Below are positions 10,887-23,000 of a stretch of DNA of 64,000 bases, one piece after another. Numbering within the stretch: the first letter of the stretch is position 1; every line of letters begins with the position of its first letter. The stretch lies in contig OZ038378.1 in assembly GCA_964036045.1 (NCBI GenBank), positions 58,218,001 to 58,282,000 on the forward strand. The letters are read 5' to 3'. A program made the translations under genes and the position numbers. The stretch is from Eutreptiella sp. 'Long Island Sound 2002'. Its lineage: Eukaryota; Protista; Euglenida. Below the pieces are notes generated by a model. That model was not told the origin of the DNA. It worked only from the letters and a program-made list of their open reading frames with translations, and searched no databases.

Positions 10887-13143
10887 TGCTTTTGTCCCCC
10901 GTCCTCAAGCGTTGGGGACCCCTCATATGGTAGGGGTAAGCTAGCCACCAAGCCCACTTGTGTACGGCTTCTAATCTTGTCCCCTGCTCCGTTGTGGGCG
11001 CTGCAGCCAGCAGTGATTGTATTGCCCCCAGGCCCACTTGTGGGCTATTTCTGATTTGTTCCTTTGTCTTGAAGCAATGGGGACTAAAGGGAGAGGGCAT
11101 GTGTTCTGTAGGCACGAGGCCCAATTGTGGGCCACCTGTGACTTTGTTCCCTGGCCTAAAGCGTTGGGGACCCCCCGGCCAACATGGGCCATCTATCCCC
11201 CAAGCCCACTTGTAAGCAACTTCTGATTTCTCCCCAGCTCTGAAGCGGTGGGGACACCCCAAACGGCAGGGGTTATGTAGCCACCACACCCACTTGTGGG
11301 CAACGTCCGATTTTGTCCATCGGTCTGCATTTGTGGAGTGATCCTAGACGGCAGGGGATATATAGCTGCTGCGCCCACTTGTGACCCACCTCTAATTTTG
11401 TGCCCCGACATGAAGTGCTCGGGACCCCTAGAGGGTAGGGATGATGTAGCCTCTAGGCCCACTTGTGGAGCACTTCTGATTTTGTATTCCCGCTCAAAGC
11501 GTTCGGCACCCCCTAGACAGCCGGTAATATCTAGCCACTAAGCCCACTTGTGAGCAACTTCATATTTTGACCCTTGCCTTCAAGCATTGGGGAGCTCTCA
11601 AACGACATGGGTTATGTAGCCACACGCCCCACTTTTGCGCCACTTTCGATATTGTCCTCCGCCCCGAAGCGTTGCGACCACTCGCACGGCAGTAGTTATG
11701 TAGCCACTAGGCCGACTTGTGGGCCACTTCTGATTTTGTCCACCGCTTCACACCGTTTGGACCCCCCACACGGCAGGGGTTACGCCGCTGCCAGGCCCAA
11801 TTGTGGGCCACGTCTGATTTTGTCCCCCGCTCTAAAGCGTTGTGGAACCCCAAGATGGTAGTGGTCATGTAGCCACTAGGTCCACTTGTGGGCCACTCTG
11901 ATTCTTTTTCTGCCCTCAAGCGTTGGGCACCTCCCTCACGGCAGGGGTAAGCTAGCCACCATGCCCACTTGGGCACCACTGTTTATTTTCCCCCGTGCTC
12001 CGTTGTGGAGGTTGCAGCCGGCAGCCGTTATGTTGCCCCCAAGCCCACCTGTGGGCCTTTTCTGATTTGGTCCCCCATCTTGAAGCAATGGGGACCAAAG
12101 AGAGAGGGCATGGGTCACGTAGCCACGAGGCCCAATTGTGGGCCACCTCTGGTTTTGTCCCCTGGCTCTAACGTTGGAAACCCCCCAGACGACATAGGCC
12201 ATTTACCCCCCAAGCTCACTTGCAAGCGACTTCCAATCCCCCCCCCCCCCGCTTTGAAGCTTTGGGGATCGCCCAGGCGGCAGGGGTTATTTAACCACTT
12301 GGCTGGGCAATTTCTTCTCCACCACCACGATGCTTCGGGAACCCCCCAAACGGCAGGGGTTATGTAGCCACCACACGCACTTGTGGGCAACTTCTGATTT
12401 TGTCCATCCGACTGAAGTGGTGGAGTGCTCCCAAACGGCAGGGGTATGTAGCCCCTGCGCCCACTTGTGAGCCACCTCTGATTTTGTGCCCCAGTGTGAG
12501 GTTTTGGGGAGGCCTAGAGAGTAAGGGTTCTATAGCCACCAAGCCCACTTATGGGCCACATTTGATTTCGTATTCGCGCCTTGAAGTGTTGGTCACCCCC
12601 CAGAATGCAGGGTCATATCATCATCAGGCCCACTTATGGGCCCCTTCTGATTTTGTGCTCCGCCTTGAAGCGTTGGCGAGCCCTAGACTGCATGGCTTAT
12701 AAGGCCACTAGGCCTACTTGTAGGCCATTTTTGATTTTGTCCCTCCACGGTCAAGCATTGCGGACCCCGAAGACGGCTTGGGCCATGTAACACGCACACC
12801 TTCTTCTGGGCCAGTTGTGAATTTGTCCTTCACTTTGAACCTCTTCGGACCGTTAGACGGGAGATTACTTGTGGGCCACTACTGATTTTGTCGCCCGCCG
12901 TGAAGCATTGGGGGGCACCCGGACGAGAAGCGTTATGTAGCCACAAAGCCTACATGTGGCCCGTTTGTGATCTTGCCCCCCGTCCCGAAACCTTAGGGCC
13001 GGTGCAGATGGGAGCGCTTGTGTAGCCGCCAAGCACACTTGTGGGCCATTTCCAATTGGTCGGCCACCCGAAGCGTTGGGGACCCGCCAAACGGCATAGG
13101 TACGGTCGCCACCAGGCCCCCTTGTTGGCCACTTGTGATACCC
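10887..13143 (+). repeat. Sat85 block 3
   Basis: Same monomer. An ~1.01-kb higher-order duplication is visible (ggggtaagctagccacca at 10933 and 11944). Confidence 0.93.
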
Positions 13144-15960
13144 TCGACCCGACTCGATCCATTGGCCAAAGGCCTGCGCCACCGCTGCCATCCACTGGGG
13201 AAATGTGGACATGGCCTCATCCTGCGTGATCTACGACCTGGACACCAACAACGCATGCAGTGGTGCCCTCTGAAAGGTCGCCTGCAGGTTGCCGGGGAGG
13301 CCATCGTAAGGGTTCCACGGCGGCAGCTGCCTTACCCTCCCAGCCGGCGGATAGACGGGGGTATCACGACGTAGGAATGCATATACCGCTTTCCTCCGAT
13401 CACGCATCGGCGGTCGCATGATCTGAGTGAGACGATGATTCCTTTAGGCGTACACATCTTCCCCAATCTGGATGATCTCCTCCAGGAACAGCTTGGCCTT
13501 CGCTGGGTCCATGGAACACGCCGCCCTCACCGCCACGAAGAGCCGTTTGAGGTCTGCCGGGACGACGCCTGTCATCAGGGACTCCGTCCACCTGTAGCCG
13601 TGTTCGTTCCAGGACATGAACTCCATCGCTTTGTCCGTCAGGGGCAGGTTCGCAGTGAACTCCTTCACTTTCGGACACAGGAGTCGCGGCACCGTTTCGT
13701 CCCTTGCACACATGATGCGCATGTGGCCCGTGTCCTCTTCGTGCTCCCCACAGAAGATACATGGGTGCGCTGGAATCACCGTGCGGGTGACTTTTTGCCG
13801 CCACCGCCGCATGACTTGCATGGTGGAGAGGCGGCCATCCCGCGCCCGGGGCAGGCCCCTGTGTGTATGACCGTGGTGTACTGCCACTAGGGGTACAGCC
13901 TCACAAGCACCAGCCAACGGCCTGTGGGCCCTGGTGCGCGCCGCCAACGAGTGCCCCTCCACATCCCTGCCCTGCTTGAGGGCCTGCATGGAGGTGACAT
14001 GCGATTTGAGCACCCCTTTGTCCCCACGTACCAAGAGGGTTGCATGCTTCTCTGGCAACAGGAGATGCACGGGCAGGGCCTGCGCGTGGGCCGCAGCCAA
14101 CTCCGGCTCCGGCAGCGAGACCGCCGCCAAATGCGGACTCTCCGGCACCACCCAATGGGGGGGCCCCCCAACTCTGCAACGATCCAATCCAACGCATGCC
14201 GGTTGATCAGATGGGAGGCCGGCCTTTTGATGCCGCGGTATAGGGCATCCTGTGCGCTGCGTAGCTACGCCCCTATGTTGGAGGCATCCACAATGTGTAC
14301 TTTGTGGCCGGACAGACGGGTGCGAAGCAGGCACAGTGCTGGCCCGACGATCTCCGCCTTGGGTACCGTGCCGCGGATGGCCCCCGTACACGTGGGGATG
14401 CCATAACTCGCCGCTGCCACGTTGGTTGCCCCGTCCTCCTGGGGAGAGGCATTAGACGACGTGGCCCTTGTTGCCGTTGGCACCCAACAGTACCGGTTGG
14501 GCTCCAGCCACACCTCGTCCGAATAGCGGCTCTTCACCACACTCCCCAGGGACTCCGCATTGAACGATGTCAGCTCCGGGGATAGGGCTGCTTGCGGCCG
14601 ACACGCAGCTTGCGGCCGCTAGTGCACGTCGCACCCGCAAATGGACCTAATGGCGTCAAGGGCCGTGGTGTGCCCTGCTCCCCATATGGCCGTGCAGTGG
14701 GGCGGCTGGTGTACCACCACAGTGCCCTGCTCAACTGCCCCACCATCGCGCAGCGAAGTGACTACGACGTGTGGATCGTGTGGTACTTTGTCCATCCGGA
14801 CCACCTCTGGGACGGGGCATTCATTAGCATCTGGGGTAGGGCCTGACGGCAGCAGGAGGACTGTTGCCCACTCCTCCCCGCTTTGCATGTCGTGTCAAAC
14901 GCGGGCCTTCCGTGTACAACCTACAGAGGCGGGGGGCTATGGCCACCCCCGGCATGTGGCGTAAGCAGGGGGATTGACGCCGGATCGTCCTGTTGCCCCT
15001 GACCGTGGAAGACATCGCCTAACAAGAACATCAAGGCGGCCAGCGGCACGAACGGCATGGATGGCCCTGGGCAGTCCGGATCCCGGTGTCATCCCTATAC
15101 CCGCATACCACAATGTATCACCGGTTGTGGTCTGCCTTGTACGTTTGCCGGACTTTTTGTGGCGCACCGGGTGTAGCAGGCGATGAGCCAGGGGGCTGGG
15201 CATCCGCCACTTGAAGAGTGCTTGGAGACCCCTGAACCACACATGGTCCAGCTGTGTGGGCCCGACTCCCGTGTGAGGTAGATGCAGGTGGTCCTCATGA
15301 CCCTCCCGCACCTGCACGGCCGAATGACCAGGCTCATGGCACGGCAGCCGCACGTGCAGAAGGTCATTCGCCAAATCCTTAAGGGACCTCACTGCCGCTT
15401 CTGTGCGGGGTCCAGATAACACACAGGCGTCTCTACCCTTGAAGGTGTAGGACCGCGTCACCCACCTCCTTCTAGCCCATTGCACCTGCGGCAGATGGGC
15501 GTGCACGCACGAGTACACCGATGACGGCATGAGGAGTCCTACTCCCAACTCCCCATCCCTCTGAGCACTCGGTCGACCCATGTGTCTTCTGCATGGAACG
15601 CGAAGACCATGGAGGGAACCAAGAATTGTCCGCACACCCCGTATTGTGCGTGCAGATGGCCGAGCATTGCCCTCAGCTTACCTTGGAACACAGCCGAGCG
15701 ATGGTGCTTGAGCTCAGCCACGGTTGCCACCACGGAGTCACGGCACAGGACCCGGACATCCGCCAGCTTGAGCCTGTTACGAGACCGCACCGCCACCTTG
15801 GACAGGTCTTTGCGCAGGTTTTCAAATTGCAAGGCCGCAGTCTTGATAGCAGCATTCAAGTGCACCACTGCCTCCGCTGTGTCGGACAGGTACAGCACCG
15901 CGTACCGCACAATGCCATCCACCACCGCTACCATCACCTCATGGGGTACCGACACCATCA
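13144..15960 (-). mobile_element. Internal fragment of a non-LTR (LINE) retrotransposon ORF2: RT thumb region, putative RNase H, CCHC zinc finger; decayed
   Basis: Minus-strand frames: VMVAVVDGIVRYAVLYL...LKLADV (post-RT region); KAEIVGPALCLLRTRLSGHKVHIVDAS (RNase H-like AE/D); CIFCGEHEEDTGHMRIMC (C-x2-C-x8-H-x4-C). The YADD core is not present. Boundaries are defined by the empty paralogous site at 17650-17690. Confidence 0.7.
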
Positions 15961-18900
15961 GTTCAGGACCACCACACGGTGAGGATTATGTCGCCACGAG
16001 ACCCTATCGTGCCGCACGTTTGAGTTTTTGCGCCGTGTTGAAGTGTTAGGGATGCCTCAGATGGCAAGGGTTATGTACCCATCGTGCCCTTTCGTGGGCC
16101 ACTTCTGATTTTGTTCCCCAATGAAAAGTGTGGTGACCCCTTGACAGCAAGGGTGATGTCGCCAGTAGGCCCAAATGGGGGCCACCGCGAATCTTGTTCC
16201 CATCCTGAAGCGTTGGGGACCCCCATAGACGATAGCAACTATGTAGCCGCTAGGCCCACTTGTGGGCCATTTCTGATTTTGTTCCTCGCTCTTAAGAGGT
16301 GCGGAGCCCTAGACGTTAGGGGTTAGAAAGCCAATCTGCCCAATGGTGAGCTTACTTTGATTTTGTCCCCCGCTCTAAAGCGTTGCGGACCCTCCGGACG
16401 GTGGGGGTTATGTAGCCACCGGACGCACTTGTGGGCCACTTCCAATTTGGTCCTCTTTTGCGAAGCGTTCGGACCCCTCTGACAACAGGGGTTATGAAGG
16501 CCCCAAGCCCACTTCTTGGCCCGTGCTGATTTTAGCCCCCGCTGTGATGCGTTGGGGACCCCCATAGGGCAATGGTTTTGTAGCCACCACACCCACTTGT
16601 AAGCCACTTCCGATTTTGTCTCCTGACTTCAAGCGCTAGGGATCCTAGACTGCAGGGGTTATGTAGCCACTAGGCTCTCTTGTGGGCTACTTCTGACTTG
16701 GTCTTGCGCCCTAAAGCGTTGGGGACCGCTCACACGGCAGCATTTATGTAGCCACTAGGCCCACTTATTGGCTACTTCTGATTTTGTCACCTTCTCTGAA
16801 ACGTTCGAGTCCCCCTGGAAAGCAGGAGTGATGCATCTACCGAGCCGACTTGTGGGGCACTTCTGATCTCTCCCCTGCTCTTAAGCGTTGGGGACCTCTC
16901 GGATAATAGATGTTATGTAGCCACTAGATCCACCTTGTATGCCACCCGTGGTTTTGTCCCATGCCTTGAAGCCTTTGGGTCCCCATACACGGCGGGGGTT
17001 ATGCAGGCACCAGACCCACTTGTGGGCCACTACTGATTTTGTTTTCCATTGTGTTGCGTTGGGGAGCCCCGAGACGGCAATCATTATGCAGCCACTGCAC
17101 CCAGGTGTGGGCCATGTTATGTAGGCACTAGGCCCCCTCCTGCGTCATTTCCCATTTCGTCTCCCGCCTGGAACGGTTGGAAACCACCCCGCGGTAGTGG
17201 TTATGTAGCCACAAGGCCTGCTTGTGGGCCAGTACTGATTTTGGCCCCCCACTATAAAGCATTGTGGACCCCAAAGACGGCCTCGGTTATGTAACCATGA
17301 GACCTTCTTCCGGTTTTGCGTTTGTTCTCCACTTTGAAGCTCTTGGGTCCCTACGGTAGGAGGGATTTCGTAGGTATGACACCCACTTGTGGGCCACTGC
17401 TGATTTTGTCGCCCGCCTTGAAGCATTGGGGAGCACCCGGACGAGAAGCGTTATGCAGCCACGAAGCCTACATGTGGCCCGTTTGTGATCTTGCCCCCCG
17501 TCCCGAAGCCTTAGGCCGGTGCAGATGGGAGCGCTTGTGTAGCCGCCAAGCACAACTGTGGGCCATTTCCAATTGGTCGGCCACCCGAAGCGTCGCGGAC
17601 CCGCCAAACGGCATGGGTAATGTCGCCACCAGGCCCCCTTGTTGGCCACTTGTGATACCCGCTTCCCCACTCCAAAGCGTTCAGGACCACCACACGGTGA
17701 GGATTATGTCGCCACGAGACCCTATCGTGCCGCACGTTTGAGTTTTTGCGCCGTGTTGAAGTGTTAGGGATGCCTCAGATGGCAAGGGCCATGTACCCAT
17801 CGGGCCCTTTCGTGGGCCACTTCTGATTTTGTTCCCCAATGAAAAGTGTTGTCACCCCTCGACGGCAAGGGTCATGTCGCCAGTAGGCCCGAATGGGGGC
17901 CACCCCGAATCTTGTTCCCATCCTGAAGCGTTGGGGACCCCCATAGACAATAGCAATTATTAGCCACCAGGCCCACTTGTGGACCATTTCTGATTTGGTC
18001 CCCTGCCCTGAAGAGTTGGGGCCCCTAGACGGCAGGGGTTAGAAAGCCAATCTGCCCAATGGTGAGCATGCTCTGATTTTGTCCCTTGCTCTAAAGCGTT
18101 GGGGACCCTCCGGACGGCGGGGGTCATGTAGCCACCGGGCGCACTGGTGGGCCACTTCTGATTGGGTTCTCTTTTGCGAAGCGCTCGGACCCCCGTGACA
18201 ACACAGGTTATGTAGGCACCAAGCCCACTTTTGGGTCTGTGCAGATTTCAGCCCCCGCTGTGATGCTTTGGGGACTCCGTATAGGGCAATGGTTATGTAG
18301 CCACCAGACCCACTTGTAAGCCACTTCCGATTTTGTCTCCCGACTTCAAGCGCTTGGTATCTCCCAGACGGCAGGGGTTATGTAGCCACTAGGCTCTCTT
18401 GTGGGCTACCTCTGACTTGGTCTCCCGCCCTAAAGCGTTGGGGACCGCTCACACGGCAGCATTTATGTAGCCATCAGGCCCACTTGTTGGCTACTTCTGA
18501 TTTTGTTACGTGCTTTGAATCGTTTGAGGCCTCCTAGGTAGTAGGAGTTATGCATCTATCGAGCCCACTTGTGGGGTGCTTCTGATTTCTCCGCTGCTCT
18601 TAAGCGCTGGGGACCCCTCAGTTGGTAGGTGTTATGTAGCCACTAGACCCACTTTGTATGCCACCCGTGGTTTTGTCCCACGCCTTAAATCGTTTTGGGC
18701 CCCGTACACGGCAAGGGTTTTGCAGACACCAGGCCCACTTGTGGGCCATTGCTGATTTTTTTCGCGTTGTGTTGCATTGGGGAGCCCTGAGACGGCAATC
18801 ATTATGTAGCCACTGCACCTAGGTGTGTGCCACTTCTTATTTTGTCTTCTGCCTTGAAGCGCGGGTGACCTCCTTGATGGCATGGGTTATTTAGGTACTC

Positions 18901-19580
18901 GGCTTTCTTGTGGGTCATTTCTGATTTCATCTCCCGCTTTGAAGCGTTGGGAAGGTTATGTAGCCACAAGGGTTGCTTGTGGGCCATTACTAATTTTGCC
19001 CCCCTCCTTGAAGCATTGGATCCCCCATAGGGTTGCGGTTATGTAGCTACCAGACTCACTTGGTGGCTACCCCCAATTTTGTCACCCGCTGTGAAGCTTT
19101 GAGCCTCCCCAGACGGCAATAGCGATGTGGCCGTTGGGCCAACTTGTCGGCCACTTTTGATTTTCTCCCTTGCTATGAAGAATTGGGGACCCCTCAGATA
19201 GCATGCCTTCTATAGCCACTAGGCCCACCTTTAGACCACCTCCGATTTAGTGCCCGGCTCTAAAGCTTTGGGGACCGCACAGAGCGCAGGGGTTACGCGG
19301 GCTCCAAGCCCACTTTTGGGCTAGTTCTGATTTTGTTCCCGCACTTTGAAGCATTGGATACCCCACATATGGCGGATGTTATGTAGCCACCGGGCCCAAT
19401 TTTGCGCCACTGCTCATTTTGGCCCCCCCCACTCTCAAGGGTTGCGGACCCCGCAGACGACGAGGATAGTGGAGCCATCTGGCCCACTTGTCGGACACCT
19501 CTGATTTTGTCCGTTGCCGTGAAGCGTCGGGGACCACCCCAACGGCAAGGGTTATGTAGCCACCAGCCCCACTTGTGGGC
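15961..19580 (+). repeat. Sat85 block 4 (contains the ~1.72-kb higher-order repeat)
   Basis: ggttagaaagccaatctgcccaatggtgag at 16321 and 18037; gagacggcaatcattatg at 17071 and 18789. Confidence 0.95.
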
Positions 19581-20004
19581 AAACACCAACGGCAACAGCA
19601 TGCCGCGGCATACCGCGTCCCCATTTTTTGGGAGCTGTTGGTGGGGGTTTTGAAGCATGCCGCCGCATGCCGCACCAAGCCAAAGCTGTTACACGGCGGA
19701 CTTTTTTTTTTAATACATGTAAAACCTTCGGACCCTTTGTTGCACAGATGTATGTCAATAAAATGGACAAGAAACGAAAATGTGACGAGGAGGAGTAGAA
19801 ACACGCCCAGTTATGAGTTGAATCAACAGTGTTGACATTTGCACGGGGTTAGGGCATGTGATTCACTGTGTTTTGGTCTGGTTTTTGAAACGTGTGCCGC
19901 TCTCGGAAAAAGATGGTACCGTTGACCAACAGTTTGAAGCATGCCGCAGCGTGCCGCACCATGCCACAGCGAGCCAAAATTTTCTTGGGGGCTGGTGGTG
20001 CCTG
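19581..20004. mobile_element. 424-bp non-satellite insertion in Sat85
   Basis: Flanked by cttgtgggc at 19572-80 and 20005-13 (possible 9-bp TSD, but this is also the satellite core). Internal duplicate tttgaagcatgccgc.gc.tgccgcacca. Confidence 0.45.
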
Positions 20005-23000
20005 CTTGTGGGCCACTGTTGATTTTGTGCTCCGCTTTCAACCTTTGCCGACCCCTCAAACGGCAAGGGCTATATAGCCACCACGCCCGTTTGTGGGCGA
20101 CTTCCAATTTGTGATTTTGTCCCCCGCTATGAAGCAGTAGGGACCCCAGATGGGACGGGTTATGTAGCCACCACATCCGACTTCTAAATTGCCCCCTACC
20201 CTAAAGTGTTGGGGACCACTCCGACGGCAAGGGTTATGTAGCCACCAGGCGCACTTGTGGGTCACTTTTGATGTTGTACTCCCCTTTGAAGCGTTGGTGA
20301 CCCCTTAGATGGCAGAGGCTATATAGCCACGAGGCCCAAATGTGGGTTACTTTTAGTATGTGATTTTGTCCCCCGCTCTGAAGCATTAGGTATCCCAGAT
20401 GGGACGGGCTATGTAGCCACCACACCCAATTGCGGGCGACTTTTGAATTGTCCCCTGACCCAAAGCGTTCAAGGCCACCCCTACAGCAGGGTTTACGTGA
20501 CCACTAGGCCCACTTGTGGGCCACTTTCGATTTTGTGCTCCGCTTTGAAGCACTGGGGCCCCTTCAGACGGCAAGAATTATGTAGCCACCGGGCCCACTT
20601 GTGGTCCAATTCTGATTTGGTCCCCCGCTTTGAACCACTTCGGCACCTCAGGTGGCAGGGGTTATATAGCCATCAAGCCCCCCTTGTGGGCCATTGCGAA
20701 TTTTGTCCACCGCTTTGACGTTTTGGGGACCCCCCCCCCCCCGCGACGTTAGGGGTTATCTAGCAACCAGATCCAATCGTGGGCCACTTGTGATTTTGTC
20801 CCCCGCCCTCAAGCATTGGGGACCTCCCATACGGTAGGTGTGAGCTCGCCACCAAGGCCACTTGTGTACAACATTTAAGTTTGTCCCCTGTTCCGCAACG
20901 TTGGGGACACTGCAGCCGGCAATGGGTATTTTGCCACCAAGCCCACTTGTGGGGCATTTCTGGTTTTTTTCTACCGCTCCAAAGCGTTGGAGATCAAAGA
21001 GACATGGCATGGGCCATGTAGCCACGAGGCCCAACAGTGGGCCACCTTTGATTTTGTCCCCCGGATGTAAAGCGTTGGGGGCACCAAACACGACATGGGT
21101 TATGTACCCACCAGTCCCACTTGAGCGACTTCTGGTTTTGTCCCCCACTCTGAAGCGTTGAGGACGCCCCAGGCTGTAGGGGTGATATAGCCACTTGGCC
21201 CAATTGTGGGCCACTTCTAATTTTGTCCCCATCCCCGAAAGCTTCGGGGACCCACCAAACGGCAGGGGTTATGTAGCCACCACACCCGTTTGTGGGCAAC
21301 TTGTGATGTTGTCCATCGGTCTAAAGTGTTGGCGTCCTCCCCAACGGCAGGGGGTATGTAGCCACTAGGCCCACTTGTGAGCCACCTGTGATTTTGTGCC
21401 ACAGTGTGAAGTGTTGGGACCCCTAGAGGGCAAGGGTTATGGAGCCACCAGGCCCACGTGTGGGCCACTTCAAATTTCGTCCCCCCGCTCAGAAGCATCG
21501 GGGACCCCCCAAACGGAAGGCTTTACGAAATCATGAGGCCCACTTGTGCGCCACCTCTGATTTTGTCCCCCGCTTTGAAGCTTTGGGGAACGCAAAGATG
21601 GTAGGGGTTTTCAGCCAACAGGTGCACTTGTGGGCCACTTCCCTTTTTTATTTCGATGTGAAGACCCTCGAGACGGCATGGTTTATGTAGCCATTTGGCC
21701 CACTTTTGAGCCACTTCTGATTTGCCCCCCCCCCCCCCCTCGCGTGCAGTACCCCCTAGAGGGCAAGGCTTATGTAGTCTAAGGCGTTAGAGACCCCCAT
21801 ACTATAGGGGTTATGTAGCCAACTGGACCAGTTGTTGGCCACTTCTAATTTTGTCCCCCGCCTTGAAGAGGTGAGGACCCCCGGTACGTAGGGATTATGT
21901 AGCCACTAGGGCCACTTGCAGGCCGCTTCTGATTTTGTCCCCTACCTTGCAGTGTTGGGGACCCCCTACATGGCAGGGATTATGTAGCCACTAGGCCCAC
22001 TTGTCGGCCTATTCTGATTTTATCCTGCTCTGAAGGCTACTAGTGCGCCACTTCTGATTTGGGCCCTTGCCGGGAAGCATTGGGCCACCCCCACACGGCC
22101 GAGGTTTTGTCGCCACCGTGCTCACTTGTGGGCTAGTGTTGATGTTATCTTGCGCCCTGAAGCGATGGGGACCCCAGAATAGCAGGGGTTATGTAGCCGC
22201 CATGCCCGATTTTGGGTCACTTCTGATTTTGTCCCCGCGCTTTAAGGGGTCGGGGATACTCCATACGGCCGGGGCTATGTACCCACCAAGCCCATTTGTG
22301 GGCCATTTGTGATTTTGTCCACCGCTCTGAAGCGTTGGGGACCCCTTAGACGTAAGGGGTTATGTAGCCACCGTGCCCACTTGTGGGCCACTCCTGTTTT
22401 TGTCTCTTGCTTTGAAGCGTTGTGGACCCCCCGGACAGCAGGGGTTAGGTAACCACCAAGCCCACTTGTGGGCCCGTTCTGATTTTCAACCCCGCTTTGA
22501 AGCGTTGGGGAGCCCCCAGGCGGCACGTTTTATATAGCCACTAGGCCCGATTGTAGGCCCTTTCTTATTTTGTTCCCCGGCCCCGAAGCGTCGCGGAACC
22601 CCTAGACATAGGGGTTATGTAGCCACCATGCCTACTTGGGGGCCAGTGATGATTTTCTCTCCCGTTTCGAAGCGTTGCCCCCCCCCCCCCCATGACTGCA
22701 GGGGTTATGGAGCCACCGGGCCCCTTTGTGGGCCACTGCTGATTTTATCCCTTGCTCGGAAGCGTTGGGGACCCCTACACTACCGTGGTCGTCTTGCCAC
22801 TATACCCCCTTGTGGGTCACTTTGATTTTTGTCCTCCTGCTCTTGAGCATTGGGGATCCCCCAAGCTGCAAGGGTGGTGTACCCAATCTGCCATATTGAA
22901 GGCCCCTACTAATCCTCCCCCCAGGTCCGAATTTTTGGGGAGCCGTCATGCGGCAAGGGTTATGTAGCCACCATCCCCGATTTAGGGTGCCTTCTGGTTT

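Noticed and set aside
19845-19854. Telomere-like GGGGTTAGGG (also at ~57184)
   Set aside because: Isolated single units, expected by chance in G-run-rich DNA.
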